A DNA stretch of 63,455 bases, filler included, from Thraustochytrium aureum (taxonomy: Eukaryota): assembly GCA_012862495.1 (NCBI GenBank). It is 4 parts of 2 records of this genome, joined end to end, with 100 filler letters (N's around TTAATTAATTAA, not from the genome) between each part and the next. Parts side by side here need not be neighbours in the genome. Positions count along the whole stretch, not along the records: positions 1 to 20,911 come from BLSG01000410.1; positions 21,012 to 40,855 come from BLSG01000410.1; 2 more parts are not named here. One strand, 5' to 3'. The translations under genes and the position numbers were made by a program. The notes beneath the pieces were generated by a model, which was given only the letters and a program-made list of their open reading frames with translations, searched no databases and was not told the origin of the DNA. Shown here piece after piece: positions 12,055 through 22,823 of the stretch. Every line of letters starts with the position of its first letter. Positions within the stretch are counted from its first letter, which is position 1.

Positions 12055-13077
12055 GCACCTTTACCTTTTTTCTTGGTCCGCCAAAGCGCATTTCGCGCCC
12101 CTGCATCCGCCAGCAAGAGCCCCGCCCACGCCCGCGCCGTGAATCTAGGAAGGATCAGCGCATCGACCTTCGCGCACGCTGGCCCGGCACGACCAGGTCG
12201 AACAGCGCCGCCGAGATCAACATGAACGAGCGACGGGCACGCGAGCCCAAGGTCCTGCACCAACTCCAGGGTTTCGAGCGAGTCCCGGCGTCGGGAAAGA
12301 GAAGCGCCATCGAATAAGCAGCACAAGTCAACCAAAAGCAACGAGTAACGGCGTCGCAACTTGCCCGACACGCTCGGCTGCGGCCCGCCACGGGCTCGAT
12401 GTCCGACTACTTGACGGCAGCTTCCTTGTGCGTTGGTCGCATGATTAGTCCGTTAGATCCGTTGAAAGTTGGTCGAAGAGAGGCTTGCGGCCTTGCGGCG
12501 TTCCATCGGGGCTGAGAGGAGCGCTGCGCTCGCAGCCTGCGTCCCGAAGGGCCCTCTTGGCTCGCTGCGTCTTTGCCGAAGGATGAGCGTTGTTTTTGCA
12601 GCGTTTCGACGGTGTTTTGTCGCGTCTCCTCCGTGAATTCCTTCGGTTTTTTGCGGCGACGCTGCGCTGCGCAGGCTGCTCGCTTGGCCGTGCTGCGTCT
12701 CAGCTGCACCAACGCGGCCCAGCTCTCTCTTTCTCTCTCTCTCTAGGAAGGAGAGCCGGGGTCCGCGGCAGGAGGAGCGCTCAACCGATCAATGCGCGAT
12801 TGACATACTCGCCGCTCGAAGGCAACTCGACAGCAACTCGGCTCGAAAGCTTCAAGCCACGAGGCGGAGCGCGACACAACAGACGGCGCAGCAGACGGGC
12901 AGTGCAGCAGTTAGGCAGCGGGCCGCGCTCTTGCAGGAAGAAGCGGAACGCGCTGGCTGCTTGGCTTCTCGAGGCGGCAGCGACGGCAAGGCGGCCGAAG
13001 GCACGGCCCGGCGTGCGCGTGGCGGTAGGCACGAGTGAAAGAGCGCGGACCAGGGCCCCCGGCCGCGCTTGCTGAGA

Positions 13078-15312
13078 ATGTCGCGCACGCAGACGAGGAG
13101 GTTTGATCATGTGTATGACACGACGTACACAGCGTCTGGGTACCGCGACCATGCCCGAGCGACGCAGCGCGCGATGCATACCGCCGTAGAGCGCGTGCCA
13201 AACAGCAGCAACATGTTTTCAGAGATCCCTGCGGTCTACCCTCGGCACCACGAGCGAGTGACGGGCAAGAGCGACCTACCAAGCCATGTGGACACGTCGT
13301 TTCGAAGCGCTGAGGGCCGCACCGGCAACGTCTCGTCCTACGCAGTGAGCGGACCAAACCGACACAAGTACTTTCGGCGTCCTGTGGTCCCAGTTTTGCA
13401 CAGCGCGCCACCTGAGATTCTGTTGGACCGGTCTTCAGAGCGCGATCACAACGAGGGCAAGGCAGGGGATCGCGCTCGCGCACGGACCGACCACGGCCTC
13501 CATGACGACGACGACGACAACGACGAGACGACCAAGGGAACGCAGACCGTCTATCGCGAGTCAGAGGCCCAGACACTGCCCTACACGCCCGACTTTATCA
13601 TCCCCGAAGGCGCCAACCCTGAGCCCGAGATCCTCACGCTTGCTGGGTTGAACTACCAGAAGGGTCTCCCAGCAACGATGGAGGAGGTGGAGATGATTGA
13701 GCGCGCCCGCCACAAAAAGCGTTTCCTGGCGTCTTTGCCGCCCATCACCGATGAAGCCTCGTTCAACTTGCGCAAGCGCATGATGGAGGAGCAGGAGCTG
13801 CGCGAGTTCAAGTACCGCGAGCAGGACATCGACCGCGTTCAAGCAGAGCACCTGAGGCTTCTGAAGCAGGCGATCGAGGAGCGCGAGGCAGAGACGCAGT
13901 TTATCGCAGAGCAGCGCATCGAGTCACTTCGGCAGGCCAAGCTTGACGAGAAAGACGCGAGCCTGGTGGGGATCCAAAAGCAGCGCATCAAGCAGCTGCG
14001 CAAGCTCGCCAAGGCGCGTGGAGCTGTGGACCCGCGTATCCCATCGCACGCAATCGTTGGCGAGTACAGCAACTATGCATCCAAAACCTACGCGCCACAA
14101 CGCCGCGACGGGATGTACGACCCGCACCAGTCCATCCGCACAGGCAACTCGGAGAAGACCTACCTACAAGACTTTGGTGGCCTGCTGCATCTCGAGGAAA
14201 GCGTTGGCTCGGCGTACACCAAGGCGTCCGTGACCCGGCCCGGCCGCGCCAAGGGCCGCTCGGCGCACGACCGCAAGGCTCGCAACGTGAGCAAGCACCT
14301 CGAGTGGATGGACCAGCTCCTGAAATCAAAGCACAGCGCCAGCGCCAGCAGCAGCGACAGGAACGGCGAGTCCAAGGAGGCCGACCCGATTGAGGTTGGC
14401 AGCCCAGAGCCGCAGCACAGCCCCGAGCGCGCTGTCGCAGAGGCAGACGAGGACGAGGCCAAGCCAGTATGGAGGCGGCGCGCCGAAAAGTTGGTGCGCC
14501 CGCCCACGCCGCGCGCCGAGCGCGACGAAGACGGAGAGCAAGACCGCGCCGACGAACTTGAAGCTGCCATCACGCTGCTGCAGCGCCTGCTTCGCGGACG
14601 GGCGATCCAGACTATGATGTACGAGGGCAAGATGAAGCGCCTCGAATTGATCCGCGAGCTCCGCACAGAAGAATGCCTAAGCGGGGCGCGGCAGGCCGCC
14701 GAGATCGAGGCCGCCGAAGAGGAGCGCCGCGCGGAAGCGGCCCGCGAGGCCGACATGCGCGCAGAAGCTGCGGCGTGGGGCGCCGTGCAGGGCCAAGTCG
14801 TGGGCTCTACTCTTGACTTGCTGTCCAAAGAGCTCGTCCGCATGCAGCAGGAGCGGCAAATCTACAGCATGGTCGCTGACGCGGTGGAGACGCGGCGCCG
14901 TCGCGAGATGATTCAGGCGGGGACGCGGCAGGCTGAGCAAGCGCAGCGCGACCGCGAGGACCAGGTCTATCGGCAGCTTATGCTTGTTCACCAGGGCACT
15001 GTTGACACGTACTTTGACGAGATCCTCGCGGACAGCATCGAACAGGCTTCGGCTGAGCAGGCCCGCGCGGACGTTTGCGTTGCGCCTCGGCCCCCGTCCG
15101 CCTCGAGCAGAGACGGGGACGACCAGTCTGGCGTCGTGCAGAGTCTGGTTTCGTCCTTTCTGCTCCCGCACGTGCAGCGCGAGAGCGTGCGGTCGCAGAT
15201 CGAGCTTGAGGAGCGCCGTTTTGTGCAGGCGGCTCACAAGAGCATATATGAGGCCATGCAGGGCGTGGAGGACGCCGCTGGAGAGGGTTTTGAGAGCAAG
15301 ATCGCCGACTAG
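13078..15312 (+). CDS. CFAP91: Cilia- and flagella-associated protein 91 (MAATS1/AAT1-like)
   Basis: QTVYRESEAQTLPYTPD, PEILTLAGLNYQKGLPATMEEVEMIERAR, LQRLLRGRAIQTMMYEGKMKRLELIRELR and LLSKELVRMQQE motifs. Confidence 0.88.
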   Translation: MSRTQTRRFDHVYDTTYTASGYRDHARATQRAMHTAVERVPNSSNMFSEIPAVYPRHHERVTGKSDLPSHVDTSFRSAEGRTGNVSSYAVSGPNRHKYFRRPVVPVLHSAPPEILLDRSSERDHNEGKAGDRARARTDHGLHDDDDDNDETTKGTQTVYRESEAQTLPYTPDFIIPEGANPEPEILTLAGLNYQKGLPATMEEVEMIERARHKKRFLASLPPITDEASFNLRKRMMEEQELREFKYREQDIDRVQAEHLRLLKQAIEEREAETQFIAEQRIESLRQAKLDEKDASLVGIQKQRIKQLRKLAKARGAVDPRIPSHAIVGEYSNYASKTYAPQRRDGMYDPHQSIRTGNSEKTYLQDFGGLLHLEESVGSAYTKASVTRPGRAKGRSAHDRKARNVSKHLEWMDQLLKSKHSASASSSDRNGESKEADPIEVGSPEPQHSPERAVAEADEDEAKPVWRRRAEKLVRPPTPRAERDEDGEQDRADELEAAITLLQRLLRGRAIQTMMYEGKMKRLELIRELRTEECLSGARQAAEIEAAEEERRAEAAREADMRAEAAAWGAVQGQVVGSTLDLLSKELVRMQQERQIYSMVADAVETRRRREMIQAGTRQAEQAQRDREDQVYRQLMLVHQGTVDTYFDEILADSIEQASAEQARADVCVAPRPPSASSRDGDDQSGVVQSLVSSFLLPHVQRESVRSQIELEERRFVQAAHKSIYEAMQGVEDAAGEGFESKIAD

Positions 15313-15666
15313 CCGGCGAGTGGTGTGTCTGCAGGAGCTCTAGCTCTCTAGAGAGATTCGGGGGCGAGAATGCATCGACTTTTTTTTTCCTCTCCCTGGA
15401 GAATGCTTGCCTTGGGGTTGGGTGCCTAGGCGCTTCGTTGGCGACTCCCTCGCTCGGCTCGCCCCTGTGAGCGGCTGGTCGCCTGTGGCCGAGAGCGACC
15501 TGCTCGAGGGCCGCTTTTTCTTGTTGCTTGCTTGCAGAAGGAAGGGGAGGGACGCCACCTTTCAGGCCCAGCAGGCCCAGCTGCATGCTCGTCGTTTTTC
15601 GCTGCGGCTGCTGCTGCTGCCATGCAAGCGCGATTGCCGCCTTGGCAGCGCAGCCAAACACATCCG

Positions 15667-16430
15667 CTAGAGCGCCGCCAGAAAAGCGTCGACGTCGCCC
15701 CAGTCGCGCGCCCTCGAGCACAGCGCAGGGAGGCTCTGCTCACCGTCGGGTCTGTTCCATCCATACTCGCCAAACAAGAGAGTGGGGATCCCCAGCTCGG
15801 TTGAGCACTGGACGCAGTACTTGACGCTGTCGTCTATGAGGAGAACCGCCCCGATCTGGCGGCACATCTCGGCTTTCGTCCGCTTTGTCGGGCAGTCGAG
15901 GTCTTTGCGAGGCCGGTTGTGCGTCAGCGAATCGAGCCGCCCCTGGCGCGACTGCGAGCCGCTCGTTGCAACTTACCGGGATGCGGGCTGTGGCGCGCCC
16001 AGTGGTTGCCAAAGAGCACGTCGCTGAAGGTGCCGGGAAAGTGCTGGTCGAGCCATTCGAGCGTTGCAGCTTGAATCTCGTGCTGCCGGCTGGTGACGAC
16101 AACGTACTTGAACTTGTGGCTGTGCTTCGCGAGCACCTCGCGCGCGCCGAGCAGCGGGGCAAGGCGCCGTTTGAAGTGCGCAGATTCGAAGAAAGCAAAG
16201 ACCTTGTCGGCCGCTTGCTCGTTCGTACCGCCCCACACCTCGCAGAACGTGTAGCTGTGAAAGTCGTCCAGCCCGAGTTGCGTCCCGTGGACCTGGTTGT
16301 GAAACGCGGCAAGTGCCGCCACAAACCCGCCAAGCTAGCGCCACCAGGGCGTCAGGGCCCGTCCACCGCGCCAACAGCCGGCCGCGCGCACAAGCAAGCC
16401 CGCCTTTGGCGCGCACGCGAGCCACTCACC
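15667..16430 (-). CDS. HAD-superfamily 5'(3')-deoxyribonucleotidase (NT5C)-like protein; 5' end lost in gap
   Basis: LGGFVAALAAFHN..YTFCEVWGG..VVTSRQ..TLEWLDQHFPGTFSDVLFGNHW..TKAEMCRQIGAVLLIDDS..LLFGEYGWN. Introns at 15903-15976 and 16335-16429 (GT..CTGAC..AG) restore the frame. Confidence 0.85.
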
Positions 16431-17059
16431 NNNNNNNNNNNNNNNNNNNNNNNNNNNNNNNNNNNNNNNNNNNNNNNNNNNNNNNNNNNNNNNNNNNNNN
16501 NNNNNNNNNNNNNNNNNNNNNNNNNNNNNNNNNNNNNNNNNNNNNNNNNNNNNNNNNNNNNNNNNNNNNNNNNNNNNNNNNNNNNNNNNNNNNNNNNNNN
16601 NNNNNNNNNNNNNNNNNNNNNNNNNNNNNNNNNNNNNNNNNNNNNNNNNNNNNNNNNNNNNNNNNNNNNNNNNNNNNNNNNNNNNNNNNNNNNNNNNNNN
16701 NNNNNNNNNNNNNNNNNNNNNNNNNNNNNNNNNNNNNNNNNNNNNNNNNNNNNNNNNNNNNNNNNNNNNNNNNNNNNNNNNNNNNNNNNNNNNNNNNNNN
16801 NNNNNNNNNNNNNNNNNNNNNNNNNNNNNNNNNNNNNNNNNNNNNNNNNNNNNNNNNNNNNNNNNNNNNNNNNNNNNNNNNNNNNNNNNNNNNNNNNNNN
16901 NNNNNNNNNNNNNNNNNNNNNNNNNNNNNNNNNNNNNNNNNNNNNNNNNNNNNNNNNNNNNNNNNNNNNNNNNNNNNNNNNNNNNNNNNNNNNNNNNNNN
17001 NNNNNNNNNNNNNNNNNNNNNNNNNNNNNNNNNNNNNNNNNNNNNNNNNNNNNNNNNNN

Positions 17060-18641
17060 CACAGCAAAGCCAGCGACGTTGCTGAAGCGGCGCGACTTGA
17101 CCTGCACCCGGCGGTGCTTGCGGATGACTCCCTTGAGGCGAAGTGCTGGCGCCCGCCACTCGTCCTTGGAAGTGTCCTTGACCACCTCCTTGCCGCCCTC
17201 GCTGGTGGTTTCGCTGGTGTACGGAATAACCGAGTTGTAGTGGTTGTCGCCGTGGAAGGAGAGGCGGATCGGTACGTAGTCCCCCATGGCCTTCTCGTCC
17301 GGCAGATCGCCGTCGAAGTGAATCTTGAGTGGCTCGGTGTTGGTTCCTTCGCCGGACACGACGTAAATCTGGACGGGGCGGTCGTACAGCTCCTCCATGG
17401 CGCGCACCTCTGCGTCGTCGCCCCAGACGCGGAGCTTGCGCTTGTGCTCGATGTAGGCGTCAAACTCGCCGCTCTCGACGAGGACCTCGAAGCGGTCGCG
17501 GTTCTTGACGATGTAGTCCATGCAGTCGGAGCGCACGATGTCGTGCTTGTCGACGTCGCCGTACACCCTGGTGCGCGACGGCGCGGAAGAGGCAGTTTCC
17601 GTCTGGGTCGACGTTGACGACGGTGAGGCCCTTGTCGCGCTGCAGGGACTTTACGAACGTTTCTTCGCGGTTCTCGCGGCGCTTGAGCGCCGCCTCGGTG
17701 TGCGTGCCAAACTCTGCGAGGCGCTCGGCCTGCTGGAGGACATGGAACCACTCGTCGAAGGCCTTGGACCAGCCCACAAAGTGGACGCGCACGTAGTACG
17801 GCGAGACCTTGACGATCTGGCACTTGCGCCATTTGCGCACGACCTCGCGGCTGTTCTTCTTGCGGAAGTGGTCCTCGACGTCGATGGGGTCCCCGAGCTC
17901 GTACTCGTGGTGCCGGGTGCTTGCGGCGGACTTTGTCTGGTACGGGGCGACCGAGTACTCGTCCAGCAGGTCGACCTTGCCGACCATGCTGAACCCGCTC
18001 GGGACTGTCTCCTCGTCCAAGAACCGAATCGCGGCCATGTCGCCCTTGGTGGACTCTATCACGGCGGGGCGCCAGCGCCAGCCGCCCTTTGGCGGTGGCG
18101 GCACCTCGCTGTCGGCGAGCATGACTTGGCCAAAGGGGTCGAACGGCTCGAGGCTCTGCGATTTGTCCAGGACGTCGATGTAGTCGACGCGGGTTCCGGT
18201 GCTCAGGTCTTCTTGGCCGGCTTCGGTGGCCATCGGGGCGCTGGACCCTGCGAGCGCAGGGTCGACGACGACGGCGGCTACAAGGCCGTTTTCGGCCTCG
18301 GGTTCGCTGCCGGAGCTCTGGCGAGCGGAGCCGCGTTTCTTTTCGCGCGCTGGCGCTTTTGGTGCGGGGACGGGCGTGCCCAAGCCGCCAGCCGTGCCGC
18401 CGGCCTCGCTCCTTGACTTTGATTCAAAGCGTGCGAGTTTGAGCCTGTGCTCGTTTTTCGAAACCCGAACTTGCTTTGGCTTGCCGTACATGGTGAACGT
18501 CACCGTCACCGTGCCCTTGGCGTCCACCTCGCTAATCTTCCCCCCATACCACTTGTTCTGCCGCAGCACGTCGACCAGCTCGCCCCGTGCGAGCCGCGGC
18601 AGCTGCTGTGCGCCGCCGCCGTGCGACTGCTTGTTGCCCAT
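17060..18641 (-). CDS. OTU-domain deubiquitinase (OTUD5-like) with N-terminal Tudor/chromo-barrel-like domains; frameshift near 17568; 3' end in gap
   Basis: VDPDGNCLFRAVAHQ / VYGDVDKHDIVRSDCMDYI / WGDDAEVRAMEELYDRPVQIY / IRLSFHGDNHYNSV (catalytic C and H present). Upstream WRKCQIVKV..VRVHFVGWSKAFDEWF. Starts MGNKQS. Confidence 0.88.
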
Positions 18642-19607
18642 CCCTGCGAGCGACGCCGCACACCCCACAGGCCCACCAAACCAAAGCGCCGCAGCACGAG
18701 CCAAGACCGCCAATCCCCCGCGCAGCGCCAGACAGCCACCAGACGCAGACAGACGCAGACGGACACAGACGGACACGGACAGAGAGACGCACGCAGGCAC
18801 CGCTCCCGCCCGCCCGCCCGCGCGCGCGCCTGCCCGCCCGCCTGCCTGCCTGCCTGCCTGCCTGCCTGCAGCAGCGCGTCCGCACTGCACGCTCCTTTCG
18901 GGGTCTGCTGAACGCCAAGCTGCTCTCTCTCTCNNNNNNNNNNNNNNNNNNNNNNNNNNNNNNNNNNNNNNNNNNNNNNNNNNNNNNNNNNNNNNNNNNN
19001 NNNNNNNNNNNNNNNNNNNNNNNNNNNNNNNNNNNNNNNNNNNNNNNNNNNNNNNNNNNNNNNNNNNNNNNNNNNNNNNNNNNNNNNNNNNNNNNNNNNN
19101 NNNNNNNNNNNNNNNNNNNNNNNNNNNNNNNNNNNNNNNNNNNNNNNNNNNNNNNNNNNNNNNNNNNNNNNNNNNNNNNNNNNNNNNNNNNNNNNNNNNN
19201 NNNNNNNNNNNNNNNNNNNNNNNNNNNNNNNNNNNNNNNNNNNNNNNNNNNNNNNNNNNNNNNNNNNNNNNNNNNNNNNNNNNNNNNNNNNNNNNNNNNN
19301 NNNNNNNNNNNNNNNNNNNNNNNNNNNNNNNNNNNNNNNNNNNNNNNNNNNNNNNNNNNNNNNNNNNNNNNNNNNNNNNNNNNNNNNNNNNNNNNNNNNN
19401 NNNNNNNNNNNNNNNNNNNNNNNNNNNNNNNNNNNNNNNNNNNNNNNNNNNNNNNNNNNNNNNNNNNNNNNNNNNNNNNNNNNNNNNNNNNNNNNNNNNN
19501 NNNNNNNNNNNNNNNNNNNNNTCCAGAGAAATAGGTACTCAAGAGGTTATCAACATACAGAATTACGAAACAAGCAGGTCGGTGTCGGTGTCCACACGCG
19601 GCCAGGC

Positions 19608-19841
19608 TCACTGCGCTGCGGCGGCGGAGAGCTGCCGGTACGCGGTCCACTTGCGGTACAGGTACTTGCCAGTGAAAAAGTCAACAATCGAGGTCTTCTG
19701 CTCCTCGCCGCCCTCCGCGGCCTTCCCACCGTTCAGTTTGCGCTGCAGCTCATCCTCCTCGCTCTCAGCGCGGCCCCACACGAGCACAATCAGCGCCACG
19801 AGCGCCGACACCGCAAACACGATGTACCTGAGCGGGCACAT
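19608..19841 (-). CDS. Small single-pass membrane protein, MCPLR-type (77 aa)
   Basis: MCPLRYIVFAVSALVALIVLVWG...IVDFFTGKYLYRKW. The N-terminal MCPLR plus TM and the C-terminal D..[ST]G.YL resemble an uncharacterised small-protein family recalled from plants. Confidence 0.7.
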   Translation of the reverse strand: MCPLRYIVFAVSALVALIVLVWGRAESEEDELQRKLNGGKAAEGGEEQKTSIVDFFTGKYLYRKWTAYRQLSAAAAQ

Positions 19842-20450
19842 CCTCTCGCTGCGCGCGCGCCGGCCCGTCCGTCCACGCGGTCCACTTCGTCCACCAACAA
19901 CAGCACCACCAAAAACACTGCGACAAGCCGACCGACCGCACAGGCGCCGCCGCTCGCGCAGTACCGGCTGGAGGAGCTGCTGCCGATGCCGATGCTGGTG
20001 CTGCGCTTGGCCGCCGTGCGTGCGAGCGTGCGTGCGTGCGTGCGTGCGCTGCTCGGCTGCGTTGAGTGACTGCATTGCGTCCGCTTCATCAGCCCTGAGT
20101 CAGCGTGAGCGAGTGCGGAGTCTCTCTCAGTAATAAAAAACACAATTAAAAGCAAAACCAACCGCCTCTCCACTCGGGGTATCTGCTATACTTTCATCCC
20201 TTGAAAACACCGACGCCGCGAAACGCCTCCAGGGAAGCTCGCCGGATCGATTAGTAGTTACTCCGTGAGGAGGACTGGTTTGCCCGTGAGGCGGCCCGGG
20301 GCGTGCGCCAGTCTGATAATAAAACAGCGGGAGGTGGGGAAATAGAGGGGTGGGGCGCTGAAACGGACTTGTGCGTTGGCGTTCGGCAGGCGTATACTCG
20401 ACTTGGGGTGAATGGAGCACATGGTGAGTACTTACATGCGTGGTGATCGC

Positions 20451-20721
20451 GGTTGCTTGCCATATGCCCGTTCGGAGCGGATCCCGCACACTTGAACGCA
20501 ACATGGACACGCGCAGGCACGCATCGCGGCGTGAATGACGGACGACCAGGTGCATGGAATTCATTCTTTTGGTTTTGCAAACCAGAAACATGACGGATTG
20601 ATCTTGGTTGCTTGCCATCTGTCCGTTCGGATCAGGAAAGACCGCGAACGCATCATGTGCGGCGCGAATGAACCAAATGATACTTACATGCATGCGGTTG
20701 CTTGCCATCTGCCCGTTCGGA
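20451..20721. repeat. Three dispersed copies of a 26-bp motif GGTTGCTTGCCAT(A/C)TG(C/T)CCGTTCGGA
   Basis: Copies at 20451-20476, 20606-20631 and 20696-20721, separated by largely unique sequence. Confidence 0.9.
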
Positions 20722-20955
20722 AAAGGAAAGAAAAGGAAAGAAAAGACAACACTTTCTGCAAACTGGAAACCCAACATGGACTCACGCAAGCACGCGTGGC
20801 CTGCGGCTCACAGTCCAGCCGGGCATGTCGAACGCGGATCGTGGCAGGCGAAAGACCAGGGTCAGGGCCACGTCGAAGTGCTCCTTCCTGGTCGAGGTCG
20901 ATGCCCGCAGCNNNNNNNNNNNNNNNNNNNNNNNNNNNNNNNNNNNNNNNNNNNN

Positions 20956-20967
20956 TTAATTAATTAA
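20956..20967. other. Artificial contig linker TTAATTAATTAA (stops in all six frames) inside an N run
   Basis: 44 N + TTAATTAATTAA + 44 N; the same cassette occurs at 40900 and 52264. Confidence 0.97.
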
Positions 20968-21012
20968 NNNNNNNNNNNNNNNNNNNNNNNNNNNNNNNNN
21001 NNNNNNNNNNNA

Positions 21013-22086
21013 GCCATGGAGGAGGTTCGCGTGAGCGAGAGCAGCGGAGCAGAGGACGCGGAGCGCGCCAAGGCGGTGAGGCGCGCCTACGAAGAGCTGG
21101 GCGGGTCGGCCGACCCGCACCTCGCACCGATGCTGCACGTGGCGCGGCGGCTGTGCGGCGAGTACACCGCGACGATGCGCGAGGCGCCGTTCGAGGAAAG
21201 CCAGGCGCCGGAACCCTGCAAGCTCTACCTCCTGAACGACGCGCTCGTGCTCGGCCTGGACCGCAAGGAGGTGCGCAAGTCGCGCACGACGCGGCCAGGC
21301 ATCATCGACTCGCCCGCGTTCCAGGGCACGGTGCCGGTGAACCGCGCCTCTGTCTCGCGGAGGCGCACACCGCGCGCGGCCAAGTTCAAGGCCATCCACT
21401 TTTTCGACCTGCGCCGCGTGCATGTCAAGACGCGCGCCAACTCGCCCGTGGCTTCGCTGCGGTACGTCCTCCGAACCAAGCTGGCCAACGAGGACGGGAC
21501 GCGTCGGATGGTGACGCGGATTGCGAGCCTTGACATAGACTTTGGCCAGACCCCATTGTGCGAAGGGTTCCGGCAGGAGATCGACGCTTGCATCGCCAAG
21601 CTTCAGCTCTCCAAGCCCCGCACGTTGGGCGGGGGTGGCGGCGGGGCCATGGGGCCCTCCAACGGCGGAATGCGGCGGTCCTGGAGCCGCCGGCTGTCCT
21701 CGACCAACATGCCGCGTCGCCGCCAGGTTGTTTCGGAGAGCCGCCCTCGCGAGCGCCTCAGCGACCGCCTCAGCGCTTCGAAGGGGGCCGCCGCTATTCG
21801 CGTTGCGAGCCTGGACCGCAAGCGCGCGTCCGGAAGCGCCGACTTCGTGACCCTGGACGGCGGGCCGGCAGAGGCCACCGCGCGCCTCTCGGCCCGCCTC
21901 GCGTCCTTCAACCGGCTGCCTCCCGCGCCCGAGCCTGAGGAGACCCCCGAGGAGATTGTTCGCCATAGCGCGGGCAAGGCGAGGCGGAGTCGCGCTGGCT
22001 CGCTTCTGGCCGCGTTCCGGCGGCTGTCCACGCAGCGCCGGGCGTCGAGGCACAGGCTGCAGCAGGAGCAGCAAGCCAGCCTCTAG
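21013..22086 (+). CDS. C-terminal part of an unknown protein with a PH-like region and a basic low-complexity tail
   Basis: 356-aa open frame with coding-like codon use starting at the contig edge; KLYLLNDALVLG resembles the PH-domain beta-2/beta-3 motif. Confidence 0.55.
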   Translation, partial: AMEEVRVSESSGAEDAERAKAVRRAYEELGGSADPHLAPMLHVARRLCGEYTATMREAPFEESQAPEPCKLYLLNDALVLGLDRKEVRKSRTTRPGIIDSPAFQGTVPVNRASVSRRRTPRAAKFKAIHFFDLRRVHVKTRANSPVASLRYVLRTKLANEDGTRRMVTRIASLDIDFGQTPLCEGFRQEIDACIAKLQLSKPRTLGGGGGGAMGPSNGGMRRSWSRRLSSTNMPRRRQVVSESRPRERLSDRLSASKGAAAIRVASLDRKRASGSADFVTLDGGPAEATARLSARLASFNRLPPAPEPEETPEEIVRHSAGKARRSRAGSLLAAFRRLSTQRRASRHRLQQEQQASL

Positions 22087-22823
22087 CTAGCTGGACCTGG
22101 CGAGCGAGGGGGAGAGTGACAGACTCGTCCACCCTCGTGTCACAGGAGGAACTCTTTGCTCTGGTAGCTCCTCTCTAGCTAGAGTAGCTACTTGGCGGTG
22201 ACCAATAGATCCCGCGCGCGTGGCCGAAGCGGGCGCTTGTGGCGGGAGCCCGAGCGACCGAAGCGGCTCGGCGGCGCGCGACTGACGAATACCATTCCAT
22301 TGGGGTGCTTGCTTGCCTCATGCCGGCCCGCCCGTCGGCTTGCCAGTCTGCAACATAGTCAGTAGCCTAGTGTCCCAGCCGAATCAATTCAAATCTTGGT
22401 TTTGCAGCATCTCGCGAGGCTCTTGTCACCGATCCAGTCCAAGAAGGGGACCTGGAGTTGGGCAGGCATCCATCTTCGAACACGACAGGGCAGCACAGCA
22501 CCAGCTAGGGCGTGTCTCGTCGCTCCTTCTGGTCAAGTTGTGTTCTCTGTGGTTGGGGTGCTCGTTTCTGGGTGGCGCGGCCTCGAAAAGATGGGCTGCC
22601 AAACCTATTCTTCTAAAGACCAGGCAACCGCCGCGCCACGGAGGCCGCTCGCTGGCGAGGGCCCATGAGGTCCGTCCATCTCTAGCTAGAGAAGCCAAAT
22701 GCGAATCAAAGGTATTGTTGACACGAGACCTCGAGATCAAGATCGAAAAATCGGTTTGTTTTCTCCAGGTACCAGTGGCAGCACGACTAGGCCGCACAAA
22801 CATCAATAGAGGAAGGGACCCGT

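Noticed and set aside
20451..20721. CRISPR array
   Set aside because: Only three repeats, spacers of 129 and 64 bp are unequal and too long, there are no cas genes, and the context is eukaryotic.
20956..20967. Palindromic TTAATTAATTAA (also at 40900 and 52264) as a biological element
   Set aside because: It always sits in an identical 44N-12-44N cassette, which marks an artificial six-frame-stop linker. Gene adjacency across these points is meaningless.
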